DNA from: Podarcis pityusensis
Taxonomy: Eukaryota
DNA: 64,000 nucleotides
Assembly: GCA_964106645.2 (NCBI GenBank)
Contig: OZ067047.1
Direction: 5' to 3' (one strand)
Below, piece by piece: positions 39,630-52,533 of the stretch (positions within the stretch are counted from its first letter, which is position 1; each line of letters starts with the position of its first letter). The notes beneath the pieces were generated by a model. It searched no databases. It was given only the letters and a program-made list of their open reading frames with translations, and was not told where the DNA came from. A program made the position numbers and the translations under genes.

Positions 39630-39830
39630 TATAATTCCACAAAGGGATGCTGAGTCAGTATTAACACAGGGGGGTAAAAGCCACCGCCAGCTGAGTCACC
39701 CACCCAAGCAGCACAAAGCCACTTCCTGCAGGCTCATGGGCATTCCTTGGAAACTTTTACGTAGACTGGGTAGCCCCTTCCACCCTGACTTAGATGATGA
39801 GTGGCGAAAGAAACACAATGAGTCAAGAGA
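39630..39830. promoter_or_regulatory. Candidate AP-1/TEAD/ETS enhancer
   Basis: TGAGTCA at 39651, 39692 and 39819; ACTTCCTG at 39721; CATTCC at 39741. Confidence 0.5.
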
Positions 39831-40589
39831 ACAAAACCCAAAAGAAAAGGGAGGGTCTTTGAGAAAGAGCGGTTCTTAGCAGTGATTCCCAAGCTGTACA
39901 ATGAGCACTTGGATATACACTTGGATATACATTCTCTCAAATTATTCCATACATGGTACTGCATTACCCATATACGGTATAACTCAGGGCTGAAAGGCAC
40001 CCTGTTGATAATGGGTTGACCATGGAGTATGAACGCTGAAGTCACTAAGAAACCAAAAACTGTGCTGTGTAAAGACAAACATGAATCATACTCCATACAG
40101 CTTATTAATTAGCAAGCAACTCATTGGTTACACATAGCACAAGTTCTAATGTAATAGATAGGCTGCAGTTTGTCCATTTCTATTGTGGTCCTAATGTTTT
40201 AGCTACCCTTGGACTAAAGATATAAGGAATTCTCTCACTGGATAGGGTCAGCATCAAAGATAGGCACTGTACAGTACAGCACATGTTAAAGTGAACATCC
40301 CTGCTGGGGGCACACTGACACCCTCTGGTGCCTCTTGGCCCTGCAACTCCTGCCCCTTGCTGTTGCTGCCTGTTCACCTGCCCTCTTCTGTAATCAAGCC
40401 AATGGAGATGGAGAAACCTCCACCCACTTTTCCCAGGACAATTATTCAGATTGGGTCCAGAGGGAGAAGGCAAATGAACGGGCAGTGATGCCTTGGAGAA
40501 GAGAGGAGCTTGTTGAGGGCACCTTGCCCAGCGGTCTCCCAAACCCTGGAGCCAGCACTGCTGATGAATCAGAACAAGAGTCCCTAAGT

Positions 40590-40720
40590 CATGGGTTGGG
40601 AACCTGTGGCCCTCCAGATGTTGTTGGATTACAACTCCCATCATCACTGAGCAGCATCCATGCTGGCTGGGACTGATGGGAGTCCATCAACATCTGGAGG
40701 ACCACAGGTTCCCCATCCTG
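40590..40720. mobile_element. hAT MITE copy
   Basis: gggaacctgtggccctccagatgttgttggattacaactccc ... catctggaggaccacaggttccccatcctg. Confidence 0.8.
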
Positions 40721-42052
40721 AATGCTCATGCCTCAGTAATAATTAAGTCTTCTTCAGCACAATTTAGAATGTAAGAAATCAAAGCTAAAGCAGATGACAG
40801 GAGTCTGCCTCTTGTGGAACCAGCAAGCCACACATCCATAGAACTTGCCTGGGCAGCATCACATCCCTTTATAAGCCAGAGGCTGCTGCATAAGAGAACA
40901 AAGCAGATTCCTTCATACTTACTGATGCATTCAAACTATTTGTAATTAAGCTGAGTTTTTCTAACCTTCATTCAGCTGATGTTTTGTGCAGGCATCTTTC
41001 TTCACTGGAGGTTGCCATAGTATGGTTTTGAGATCTGAGCAACTGTTCTGAGTCCATCTGTCAAGGTGTGGTTTAGCAATCATATTTAAGGCATTTGGGG
41101 ATTTTAAACTTGTCCATGATCCAGATAGGGTTATTCTACCAACATAGCCTTTCTAGTCCTGAATTCAGAGATTATCAATCAGTGGGTTGTGACCCAAAGC
41201 AGGTTGCAGGCTAGGGTGCTGTTTTTTTGGAGAAATCACAAGAAACACACCCAGCTGTGTACCAGGTCAAAAAGTTTATTTTCACACAGAATTAAACTTC
41301 AAATATAATATGTATAGTAAACCAAATTACAGTATTATTCTTAAGTTACCTATTGACTTTCTAGGTATGCAGTAATTTTTAACAGGCAATCACTATATTT
41401 TCAAGTCTCAGGATATGTGGCTGAAAAAAAATCCAGGGGAGGGAGGGTCACCAGTAACACTTCTGCAAACTGTTTCTTTTGTAAACCACTTCAAGATTTC
41501 TTTTAATGTAAGCCATATAAAAATATTATTAAATAAAATAAAACAAATAACAACTTTGAAAAGTCTGAGAAACTCTGCCTTAGTTTGAAAACTGAATTAA
41601 AATTTGACGAAATCTCTAGCACAAGTACCAGCTAATATTATTTAAGAACAAACCTATCAACAATATTAAGAGATGGCACAATTTGCATGGCTTTACAGTT
41701 ACCGTAAGTAGATTGTTTGGATGGGAGTGTAAGGTCCAGTTTCATGTCCCCCATATCTTTAGTGTCTCAAGTTTCATCTAAATTAGGTAACTCCAAGTAT
41801 GTCAGTCCAAACAACATTCCTTCTTCTCTAAAGGAGATTTCTTATTCCCACAGCTTTACCAAGAGATCAAGAGTCTCCCCACCCAGCACACATATTAATT
41901 CTCCCTTGATCCTTTCCAGTTCAGTCTGATACTTCTGAAATTCATCACTTTCAAGGGTGTCAGTAGATCTCAAACTGCTAGATCACCATGAACCACCCAG
42001 GAAGCACCAGACTGAGGTTCTCATGACAGCTTCCCATCAGTGCGATAAAGGG

Positions 42053-42305
42053 TACATAAGCTCTGCTGGAACAAGGCCCAGATAGTACAGAATCCTGTTC
42101 TCATAGTGACCAAGCAGAGGCCTATGGGAAGCTCACAAGCAGGACTTGAGCACAACAGCACTCTCCCTACTTGTGATTCACAGCAACAGGTATTCAGAAG
42201 CATTCTACCTCTGATATTGGAGGTATAGTACATCATAACTAGCAATCATTGATAATCTTATCCTCCATGAACTTGCTGAACCCCCTTTTAATGCCATCCA
42301 ACTTG
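42053..42305 (-). mobile_element. CR1/L3-like LINE 3' region
   Basis: acataag...ctgctgga...atcctgttctcatagtgacc...atgggaagctcacaagcagg; related copies at 61810-61965 (-) and 63828-63925 (+). Confidence 0.6.
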
Positions 42306-43862
42306 GTGGGCAATTCAAAATGGCCATTGAACCCGATTTAAACTTTGGACAGCAAAAATGAAAGAACTGCTCCACTAGATCTGATCATAGGTCCATCTAG
42401 ATAGCATTCTGTTTCCAGCTAATTGCCAACCAGATGCCCTGGAAGACAAAGCATGAAGACAATGGGCAACCTTTGTTGTTGGTCTCCAGCAACTGGCATT
42501 TGGAGATATACGGTCTCTGAACAGAGAGGTTTCATTTAGCAGACATGGGTAACAAATTTATTCTTAATGAATTGGTCTATGCAATTGAGAATTTTGAAAA
42601 GAATATATTCACTGGAAAGTAGAAATGGCAGAAGTTCCCCCATTTGCTTGCTTGCTTACAAACCTTGTAAAAAACTAGGAGAAGTGGGATAGTGTGACCT
42701 GGATCGCATGTCACACTAAGTGAAACCATGGCTTAGTTGGAACATGCCAGTATAGGGACTCCCGAAGAGGATATCATGGCTGCTTTGCTCCTGGTCAGAC
42801 ATTTTGCTCTACTCTGGGGCTAAGCCATGTTTGGTTTAGTGTGTCACCAGAATGTGGATTTGTGCTTTAGGTCTCCAGAACAAACCATGAGCCTTTTGGA
42901 CAAACCCATGTGCTCATGTGCTCACACTAATGTTTATATCAGATGTGGTGCAGGTGCATGTGGTTTGGGGGAAATCAGCTCATGAGGTGAGATGAGAAGA
43001 CTATCTCAGGCAACAGGGTCCACCCTGGGCAACAGATCCCATTGTTGATCCTATTTTTCTCCCCCTCTCCCTTTGTTCATGATGTAGATCTACCCTGACC
43101 CCTTCTTCCCTGGCAGGAGGAAATAGTGCCAAAATTTCTTGGGCTGGCCTTTTCTAGAGGGTATCATGTTGGGGAAACATGGTTTAAAGCAACCAAGCGA
43201 CACAAAGTACCATGAGAGAAGGGGAGGATGAGTTTTACATAAAGAGCAGACCTCCCCATACTATCTATTTATGAACGGGGCAGACATGCATTTTAACTAT
43301 CTGTCCCACCACTTTTAATTTGGCTTCCGGATATGAGTGTTAAAGTAGTGGTGGAAAGGAAATCCAACAGTTTATATATTTCATAGTTAGCGACAGTAAA
43401 TATTGTGTGTGTTTAGACATACACGGCTTGGAAGTCTCCCTTGAAAAAATAAGCTGCTGGTCTAAATATGAAATCTGGGGAGAGCTGACTTACCAGCACA
43501 CACAATCCTAAGGCTGAAAATAAGAGCTGGCTGCCCACCTTACTTTCCATGTAAATTTTACTGAGTGACATGTTGACCCACACTGCAGTCCAGAGAAAGC
43601 TCCGCTATATTTAGCTCTGGACAGCCTTCCCAAAGTGCAGTGAGAGGCACAGCAGGTTGAGCAACTCTTAGCAAGGAATTTAAATAAATTGGCTAATCAT
43701 CTGGTTTTGTTTTTAAAGTTGATAAGATTATAAAGCTGATGAAAACTGAGACCAGAGCTCACTTACAGAGTTTTCAGTCTTTTGGGGTTGTATGAAGAGA
43801 ACCTGCAGCAGGCTTTTTAAGAATAAAACTGGCCCTGGCCCGAGGCTTAATTTTGAAATGTA

Positions 43863-44109
43863 GGGCTTGTCCACACTTCTGCTTCTCCTGTTATTTCTAG
43901 GAACAGGTCCAATAGGTTTTTCCTTTTCTCTCGCTGCTTTCCCCGGGAAAACCTGCTGTTTACTGCATCAATCCACAGAATCCCAAATGACATTTGTTCT
44001 GATTCAGCAGTAACCAGCAAGTTTTCCAGGGAGAAGTGACAGGAGAAAATAAAAACCTATCAGACCCATGCCTAGAAATGACAGGACAAACAAAAGTGTG
44101 GATGAGCCC
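43863..44109. mobile_element. Palindromic PIF/Harbinger-like MITE
   Basis: GGGCTTGTCCACACTT ... AAGTGTGGATGAGCCC; the whole ~250 bp is an imperfect inverted repeat with TA-containing flanks. Confidence 0.7.
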
Positions 44110-44460
44110 TAAAGGAGAAGGCTTATGTTCCAAAAGTGATGCTCAGGGTTTCTACCTGGAAATACCACTGTAACCCTGGACGCGTTGAGGCTCTCTACAG
44201 TTGCTCAATGGTAAAGGAAATGAACTCTGAACCTGCTCAGCAATACATATTCACTCATGGTGACTTCACATGTTCCAGGGTGAAGCCCTGGCACTGAAAA
44301 TAGATGAGACATGATACAAATGAAAATCTGTATTTACTTACTTCAACATGTGGTAAGCTGCACTTGGTGGCCTGCCTACCCATTCTGCAAAGTGGGGCCC
44401 TGGACCTCTGCCCTGAAGTCCTGCCCTGACAGCAGCAGTAGCTATGCACAGTTTATCACC

Positions 44461-44592
44461 AGGTGTGGGAAACATTTTGCCCTCTGGATGTTGCTGGGCA
44501 ACAATTTCCATCATCCCTGGTCATTGACCATGCTTGCCAGGGCTGATGGGAGTTGGAGCTCAGCAACATTTGGGGGGGCTCAAGGTTCCTCA
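44461..44592. mobile_element. hAT MITE copy
   Basis: ctctggatgttgctggg...catcatccctgg...gctgatgggagttggag. Confidence 0.65.
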
Positions 44593-45425
44593 TGCTCAAG
44601 GTTCCACAAGCTCAATAACTGTACAAACTTCATGGGAAGGGGTGAGAGTGAGGGGAACAGAGTGAAGGCACTTAATTTTATTAAAGCTCAACAACTTTGT
44701 CCAGATTTTCAGTTTTGGGAATATGACAACCCTACTCATTCACATTGCACCATGGTGCTTTGTAAAAGGACAGACTTGGCAGGTCCCTGTCCTCAAGAGG
44801 CTCATAATGTGAAAACAGGGAAACAACAGAGGGAAATGGAGGTAGGGATAAATAGGGGAAGAATATATGTTTACTTAAATTGTGACTTCAGGGTATTGGA
44901 ACTAGGGGCTTGTTCCAAAGGCTTTCCAGCGCAGGTGAGTTCTTAAGACGGATTTGGAGGAAGTTCCTGGCATACAGAGTGGCAAGGCAGAAACATTTTT
45001 CAGGGAGCAGGAAACCTCTGGATAAGTGAGAGTCATGAAACTGGAAAAGTAAAGGTCACAGGCAGGGATGTGTCAGCAGCACACAATAGCTAAGAGATAA
45101 GGATCGGGTTGCATGTCTGTGGAGGGTTTTGAAGGTAAATATGAAAAGCTTGTGCCTGATCTGGGAGTGGACAGAAGAAGCCAATGTTGGGTCTGAGGGG
45201 GGTGGGCAAGGTGAAACAATGGTGGATTACAGAGCAGAAGACTGCAGTAGTCTAGTGACAAATGACCAGGACATGGATCTTATAAAAAATGGCTAATTCC
45301 AAGTAGCATCTCTGCCATGCAATTCTAACACCTTAATTTTGTGCAGCATTGCACATGTCACCCTAAGTTCTTATTTGCAGGCAGGCATAGCAACTTGTAA
45401 GACAAAAAGTGAGGCTTTTGAACTA

Positions 45426-45651
45426 CAGTGGTACCTTGGGTTACATACGCTTCAGGTTACAGACTCCACTAACCCAGAAATAGTACCTCAGGTTAAGAAC
45501 TTTGCTTCAGGCTGAGAACAGAAATTGTGTTCCGGTGGCGCGGCAGCAGCAGGAAGCCCCATTAGCTAAAGTGATGCTTCAGGTTAAGAACAGTTTCAGG
45601 TTAAGAACGGACCTCTGGAATGAATTAAGTACTTAACCCAAGGTACCACTG
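45426..45651. mobile_element. Tigger/pogo-like MITE (inverted relative to 7842-8083)
   Basis: TA-CAGTGGTACCTTGGGTTA ... TAACCCAAGGTACCACTG-TA. Confidence 0.9.
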
Positions 45652-47232
45652 TAACAGCATTCAGGGCTGTAAGTCAAGTGCCCAAATCACACATGAGACC
45701 AACAGCGAGGCAAGCAAACGTTCAGCAGTTTTGGAATAATACAACCCTGACGCAGAATCACTCAACTGCAGTGTATGGCACATTTTTCTCGCTTCCTATC
45801 TGCTTAATTGTACCTTTTTAAGTCCCACCATCTTCCCCATAGGAACCTTGCTTAGGACCCAACATTACTATTCTAGTCAAGTAATACTTGATCCAAATCT
45901 CTTGTTGTAAGTATATGGTACCTGAAATTTCACCTGGTGTGGTTAGTTTTGATTGAACACATAAAGATCAGAAGTTTCTGTTCCCTAAATGAGTTTAGAG
46001 TAACTGACTGATGGAGTCAGGTTACAGATGCAGTTATTTGCTTATATGCCTTGCAGATTTGCTCTGCAACAAAATGAAGGATTCTTCTCATTGCTGACAT
46101 TACTTCATTCATTCATTCATTCACTCACTCATATAACAATTAATTGCCAAGGTGGTTTCTAAGCGGTTCACAAGTATACAACCGATTACAAAAAAACCCA
46201 CATAATTAAATACACAATAAAACAATTTCATCAAAACATTAAAATAAACATGCAGAACCCCATCTTCATGTTGCCACAAGATGACAATCATCAGGCTGTG
46301 GTACAATTGACTAGATATCCACTTCAGCTGCAATACTGCAGCAGTACACAAACAGCATTATGACACTCAGAGAACTCCAGATGTGCTGCCAGCTAGATGT
46401 CTAGTGTCTTCTGAATTGGCTGGCAGCACTTTTTGAAACATTTGAAGAGGAACTTACGTTGTACAAGCACGGCCTGCACAAGTGCTCTTGTACAACTTCC
46501 CCTTCAAAATGTGATCGTTAAGTGCTGCCAGTTGAATACAGACAGGATTTCACATATAGCAGGTGGCATTTCTTAACATCCAAAGCCACTCTTAAATTGA
46601 ACATTTGCTTAGGTCCAACTAAACCTGGACATGACATTGCTTTGGGGGATTTCTGGCATCTGGAGGTCAAGATGCTAGCTTTTTGGCTCTTGAGACAGTA
46701 GTTTTCATGGTGAACTTTGGGGGAAACTATATGAAAATCTGGCTCTGGGAAAGGAAACGCCTGCCTGGCCTCAGTTATCAGCAAGAGAAAAAGCAGTTTG
46801 AAGGGTTCTTGACTTTCCCATCCCTGCCAACAAAAACCCCAACCCACTCAGTTCCAATTATTCTGGGACTTCCAAGGCAAAAAGAAAGACATTTTACCAC
46901 TGGCCAGGCCAAAAGAATAAGGGCCACAAGATAGTTGCATCACCTTTACCCAATCAAAAACATTAGCAAGGAAATAGAAGTCCAGTCCAGATTGGATAAA
47001 AATGCCTGCTTGCAGTTTACTATGTTGTTCTGGCTTTGTCAAACTGATCTCCATTTCTGTGTTGTGATATTTTATATGGAAGTGTGGTTTCTAAATATTT
47101 AAATTAAATTAAATACCTATTACCCTCACTCTCCTTCCCTTTTGTGTCTTGTCTTCTTAGCTTGTAAACCTATCTGAGAGCAGGGCCTGACATTCTTTTA
47201 TTTTAATTGACGTGAGCTACTGTGGGATATAG

Positions 47233-47370
47233 CATGGGTGTAACCAGGATTTTTGTTAGGGGGGCAGGCTTTATGTTACAGGTGGGCAGAACCTCATTTA
47301 GTTAAGTACTTTATTGATTTTTATTTATTTGGGGGGCTGCCCCTTCCTGCCCCCTTTGGCTATGCCCATG
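47233..47370. mobile_element. hAT MITE
   Basis: TIRs CATGGGTGTAACCA / TGGCTATGCCCATG; 8-bp TSD GGATATAG / GGAGATAG (7/8 match). Confidence 0.75.
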
Positions 47371-47522
47371 GGAGATAGTATTTGTCAAATAGAAACTCAC
47401 TGAAAAACTGGGAAGAGGAAGCTGGTACATCTCAGCATACAGGGCACAATTAGACAGGTCTATATCTAAAACAATGATAACAGGTATTCCCCCCCCCTAA
47501 ATATTTAGGCCTTCTTCACATG

Positions 47523-48302
47523 TGTCAGGGGTTCAGGGACAGAGGCACAGGGTAGGCAGGAGATGGAGAGCGATGGGGATGAATCCCAAGACAGCGAGGA
47601 AGAGGATGACAATGACTCAAGAGATTCCATGAGTCTTTCCAGCGAATCAGAGGATTCCCAGAAGGGGGCGCTGGTGGTCAAGGCCAGGGGAGCCCCAGGG
47701 GGGACGTGTCGGGAGCAGGGGGCCAGCGGGGGATCCCAAAGTGGCAGCTGGGCGTCAGGACCAGCCTCCCCGCCAGAGTGCAGCGAAGGGGGTGGAGGTT
47801 TCAGTGTATCGGGGAAGCGGCTCCGGCAGCAGAGAAAGGAGGGAGGTCGGAGCAAGCCACCCTCCCGGAAGGGGAGGGGAGTAGTGAAGGGAGTAGTGTA
47901 GCTGTTAAAAGGAAGGTTAGAGGTTGGGCGCGCGCGCCAAGTTCAAATGTAGAGGCGCGCGGAAGTACAGGGAGCCCGGAGGAGGGGCCAGGTCCCAAAG
48001 CCCGAAGGAGGGGGCAAGAGCAGTCTGATTCCACGTCAGAGGAATCCAGGAGGGGCGAAACCCCAGCGGGCAGAAAGACCCTGCGGAAAAGGAAAGAGAG
48101 AAAGAGGTGGAGTAGCGCAAGCCTCTTAAACTGGTGCAGAGGAGGGACGGATTCAGAGGGGACTTCAGTGGTCTAAGCCTAGCAGACGTAGGGCTGCGCG
48201 CCTCGGATGTGAAGCAAACAATGAACTGCAATAAACACTTTTGTATATAAGAAGAGATAGGCGTTGGTCTTTTGTGAGCTGAGACTTGAGGCAGCCTTGA
48301 CA
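47523..48302 (+). mobile_element. Solo LTR, 780 bp (probably Gypsy-type)
   Basis: TGTCAGGG ... CCTTGACA termini; perfect 5-bp TSD ACATG (47518-47522, 48303-48307); TTAAAA box at 47905; AATAAA at 48230; CpG-rich. Confidence 0.9.
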
Positions 48303-48717
48303 ACATGTTATACAGCAACAAATCCAAGTCAGTCAGTTCCTGTGTACTCAAAGTTCCCAGGCAATTTTGTGTGGGTGGGTGTGTAATGCTCACATCTTGC
48401 ATGTGTGCAACTGCAGGAAACACCAACATAGCACCAATGTTTTACAGAGCAATTGTAACATCTAAAGCTGCCCCCATTTGAGGTTCCGAGACACATACAC
48501 AGTGATTTTGAGATAGGTGTGCAAATGCATATGATGGCCACATTTTGCATGTTTTCTGCAGCAAACACTGTACAGTACAGGTGCTTCCCACAGCAACTAT
48601 AGCATGTGGAACTGCTCTGATTACTTTAGATATTGCAGGTATACTGCCTGCCTTACAGCCATACGACTAGACAAGAAACAGGTTTCGGTGTCATAACATA
48701 AATGACAATGAGAAGGA

Positions 48718-48920
48718 AGGAAGCAAATTAAGCTGCTTTACACTGTGTTACACAATTGGTCAGTTGAGTTCAGTATTATCTAATCTGATCAATAGTGATT
48801 CTCCAAGGTGTCAGCTGGAAATAGATCTTTCCCAGACCTGTTAACTGGGACATGCCAGGGATTGAATCTGGGACCTTCTATATACAAAGTGCATATGTAC
48901 CATTGAGCTATGGTCCCTCC
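48718..48920 (-). mobile_element. Squam3-like SINE
   Basis: Reverse complement of the tRNA-like head (ccagggattgaatctgggaccttc...ctgagcta) and tail. Confidence 0.7.
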
Positions 48921-49849
48921 CCCAGAACAAAAAAAACCCAAACATATAAAGCAAAACTAACACCATTATGTGCACCATGGACACCCTACAACTTATCATC
49001 TCAAGAAACTAAATTTGTCACTAGAACTTTTGGTAGTAGTGTCTGCATCTGGAGGTACAACGTGCTCCATGGGTGTTAATCCTTTCTTCGAAGTGGTTGT
49101 TATGCTATCCTGAAACGCACACCATGCAATACATACCGTATATACAGCATGACTTCAGTAGGATTCCATCCTAATGCCACAACATGGCATAGGAACCTGG
49201 TTGAGTGTGACACTTTCACACTAACACCCTAATAATCCTTACACTAGTGCTCTGCTATTAGCTTTGGCTCCAGTGCAGAAAACTTTCCAAAGAGTTTCAG
49301 AGGATTTCTCTATTTTAAAAAACTGTTCCTGGGTCCCCAACCCAGGGATTTTTCTAAAACAAGAGGAGTGAGGAACTTCAGGCTCAAGGGCCAGGCCTCT
49401 CAATCCAGTTCTTGGGATTCTGCCCAGGCCACATCGCTTCCTGGCTGTTCCCTGTGCCTTCCTTAAGAGCTTTTGCCCAACTGGAATATGTGCTTGAACA
49501 GCAATAATGACTCCTGCTTGCCTGGATGAAGAGATGTGTGTGACGATACAGAAACCAATGGCATTTGCATGGCTAAAAAGAGGTCTACTATACAAAGTAA
49601 GAGTCACAGCCATTGTTTCACCCACTCTTGCCTCTGACACCACCCACCACTGGCCCCTGGCATGTTGCCAACAAAGGAATGTGGTCCTCGAGTTGAAAAA
49701 GTTTCTCCACCCCTGCTCTAAAGAGGATCCAAAATTCTTTTATGGACTTTTCCCCCACAAGATATTGCGACAGCCACAAGCACAGAAGACTTGATAAGGG
49801 GATCAGACAAATACATGGAGGAGTAGACGCCTATTAATAGTTGTGAGCT

Positions 49850-50032
49850 GGTGTAGCATGATGGTTAAGAGACTGAGTTGTGAATCAGAAAGTCCCAGTT
49901 TGTCCCAGTTAGAAGCTTGCCTCTGCAATTAATTCACTAGTGGCCTTAGGCAAGTAACTCTCTCAGCCTTAGTCTACCCATTTGCAATATAGTGACATGA
50001 ATACTCTCTTACCTTACAGAATTATTGTAAGG
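49850..50032 (+). mobile_element. MIR/CORE-like SINE remnant
   Basis: gtgtagcatgatggttaagag...ggccttaggcaagt...accttacagaattattgtaagg. Confidence 0.6.
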
Positions 50033-50753
50033 CAGGGTGGCCCTCCACGGATGTCACTAGAGTCCAACTCCCAGCAGCTTTAGCCTTCACTGCCAATTCA
50101 TAGCATTAACCACAACACCAGACTAGGCATCAAACAGCTTATCCCACATGGCAGACTGCAGTAATAGAAACACATAGTTGCTGTGTTCTCCAGGAAACAG
50201 AAGATCTAAGCAGAGAAACATTTACATTTTCCTTGAAGTAGCAGTAAAGGTTTGCCCACTAAACTCAAAAGCTACAATCAGCACAAGGAAACAAAATCTC
50301 AAGTTACAAAATGATAGGCACAGAGTCAAACAGCTGCCAAGCCTCAGCTCTTAAGTGCTGGTGGTGGATCATGAAAAAAAGGAACATTACTCCCTTTGAG
50401 AATTTTCTCAAGGTCTCTTTTGGAATCATCAGACTTGGTTCACAAGTTGCCATAGATCTCAAATGGTATGTGGGATGATTCCAGGTCCCACTGTGCTGTA
50501 TTTGTTTAGGCACACATACAGAGAGAGAGAGAAAAAAAGAAAGAGCACAAATTGGAGGCAGATAACTGTTTAGTATTTATTTTGCACTGTCAAGGGTTTA
50601 TTTTCTCCTTTTGTAAAAGGTAAACGGAGCCTAAATAAGAGTGGGAGAACAGGCTTGCCGAAATCCTCAGGGGAAGCAATCTAAGTTATATCTGTTGGAG
50701 GAAAGCTGTGAGCAACCAACCATGGTCAGCCCACAACAGGCCAGGAAATGCTT

Positions 50754-50785
50754 CAGCAGCAGCAGCAGCAGCTGCAGCAGCAGCC
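50754..50785. repeat. (CAG)n microsatellite
   Basis: Read directly. Confidence 0.9.
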
Positions 50786-52506
50786 AGAACCACAACTTGA
50801 GCCTGACCACATGTCAACCAGGGACACAGAATACCGACTGAAGAGCTTAAATTTAGACAGGTAAACAGGCAAGAAGGAAGAGTGTTGGCACCTATTCGGG
50901 CTTAGCCAGACAGCCAAGATGTGTGAATCAAGTAGCAAAGACTTCAAGAGCAGTGGCAGCTGGTGGCCCCTGGGGCTGACAGGGGGGCCTACAGTAGGTG
51001 GCGCCAGAACCAATGACAGGTTCTGAAAGGCAGAGCCAACTGCTTGTTCCCATCCTCAACCCTGCCGAGTTCTACAAAGGCAACACTGAGGCTGCAAAGG
51101 AAGAAGCCAACAGGTAGTGCTATCTTCTGTGCCGGTTCTAAGTCAGAAGGCAGGGAAGGTTATGAATGTGGGATTTCCTGCATGCAAGGCATATGCTCTA
51201 CCACAGAGGTTCCCAATCCCAAAGTGTGGTCCATGGTCCACCAGTTTCATGCAGGTGGTTCACAGAAGCAACTCTGAGGAGTGGCAGAGCTATGTGCATG
51301 TGAGAAATGTGTGTGAATGGGGGGCACAGGGGCTTCTTCTTCAGTCTTAGAACCTGGCCAGGACTGACCAGAAGTGATGTGGGGAGAAGGCTCTGTCTTT
51401 CTCAGAGGAATACAGCTGTGGCTGGCAGCAAGATGTGGAAGGTCAAAAGAGGGGGAAAGAGTCTGACAGGGCACTTGAAAGGAGTGGGGAGTCAATATAT
51501 GGAAATGAAGGAAGCAGTGAGAAGGGGAAGAAGCTGAGAGAGTGAACGCAAGACGGAGTGACTCAAAAGTGGGAGCTGTTAGCTAATAATAGTCAACGTC
51601 TAAAAATGGATTTGTGGTTGAAGAAGGGAGATTGAAAAAAAACACAAATTAATAAATGATCAAGAAAATAGTAACGAAGATGAAGCAAGAGTAAAGGAAG
51701 AACATATCAAGGGGAAATGCACCTCTAGAAGGATTTTTAAATTGTATTAAATTTAAATCCTTTTGTTTCTTATTGCATTTTATTGTGTTAGAGTTTGAAT
51801 TCCATATAATTAAAAAACAGTACAACTGCTAAGCAATAGGCAGAAAACTCATTAAGTAGTATAGCAAGAACTTTACCAATTTGCAAGTGGTCTGGGGAGC
51901 AGAGTGAGTGTGGAAACCTCTGCTCTCTCACTGAGCTATGATCCTTCTCCAACATATTGAGGGGACACAGGACTGTGGCAGCCAATGCCCTTCAGTGTCT
52001 AGTTAAGCCTAATTCACTGCTATTGGACATAACAACAACAACAAACAAACAAACAAACAAATTTATTATTTGTACCCCGCCCATCTGACTGGGTTGCCCC
52101 AACCACTCTGGGCAGCTTCCACAATATGGCTTTCATATCAGTTGCTGGTTTTTTTTTCTTGTCCCCCTTCTCATCTTAACTGGAATAATAGTGGCATTAT
52201 TTAGCATAGAAGAAAACAGTAAGTGGCATTATAAAACAACTAAAAAGTCCGTCCGTCCCCATTGCCAATGTTAAGTCAGCTGTGGAAGTCCAAGCAAACA
52301 ATGAGTGTTGGCATCACAGACTCTCTGAAAGATTATATGCACTTAAGGCTGATGCCTTATCGTAGTTCACAGATTCTTCCCCTTTCCTAACCCTGCTATC
52401 AGAGGAGATGATGAAGACAATGTAGCAGGTCATGCTTAGTAAAGTGTGTTATTGCACTGCAACCAATATTGTGTTGATATTTATGACACCCCAATCATAC
52501 ATCATA

Positions 52507-52533
52507 TCATCATCATCATCATCATCATCATCA
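52507..52533. repeat. (TCA)n microsatellite
   Basis: Read directly. Confidence 0.9.

Noticed and set aside
44311-44946. 211-aa ORF
   Set aside because: Runs through a MITE and other repeat remnants; no domain or coding signature
50304-50560. Possible minus-strand exon after a pyrimidine tract
   Set aside because: The tract is a (CT)n repeat well upstream of the nearest AG, and the translation is not Wnt-like or otherwise recognisable
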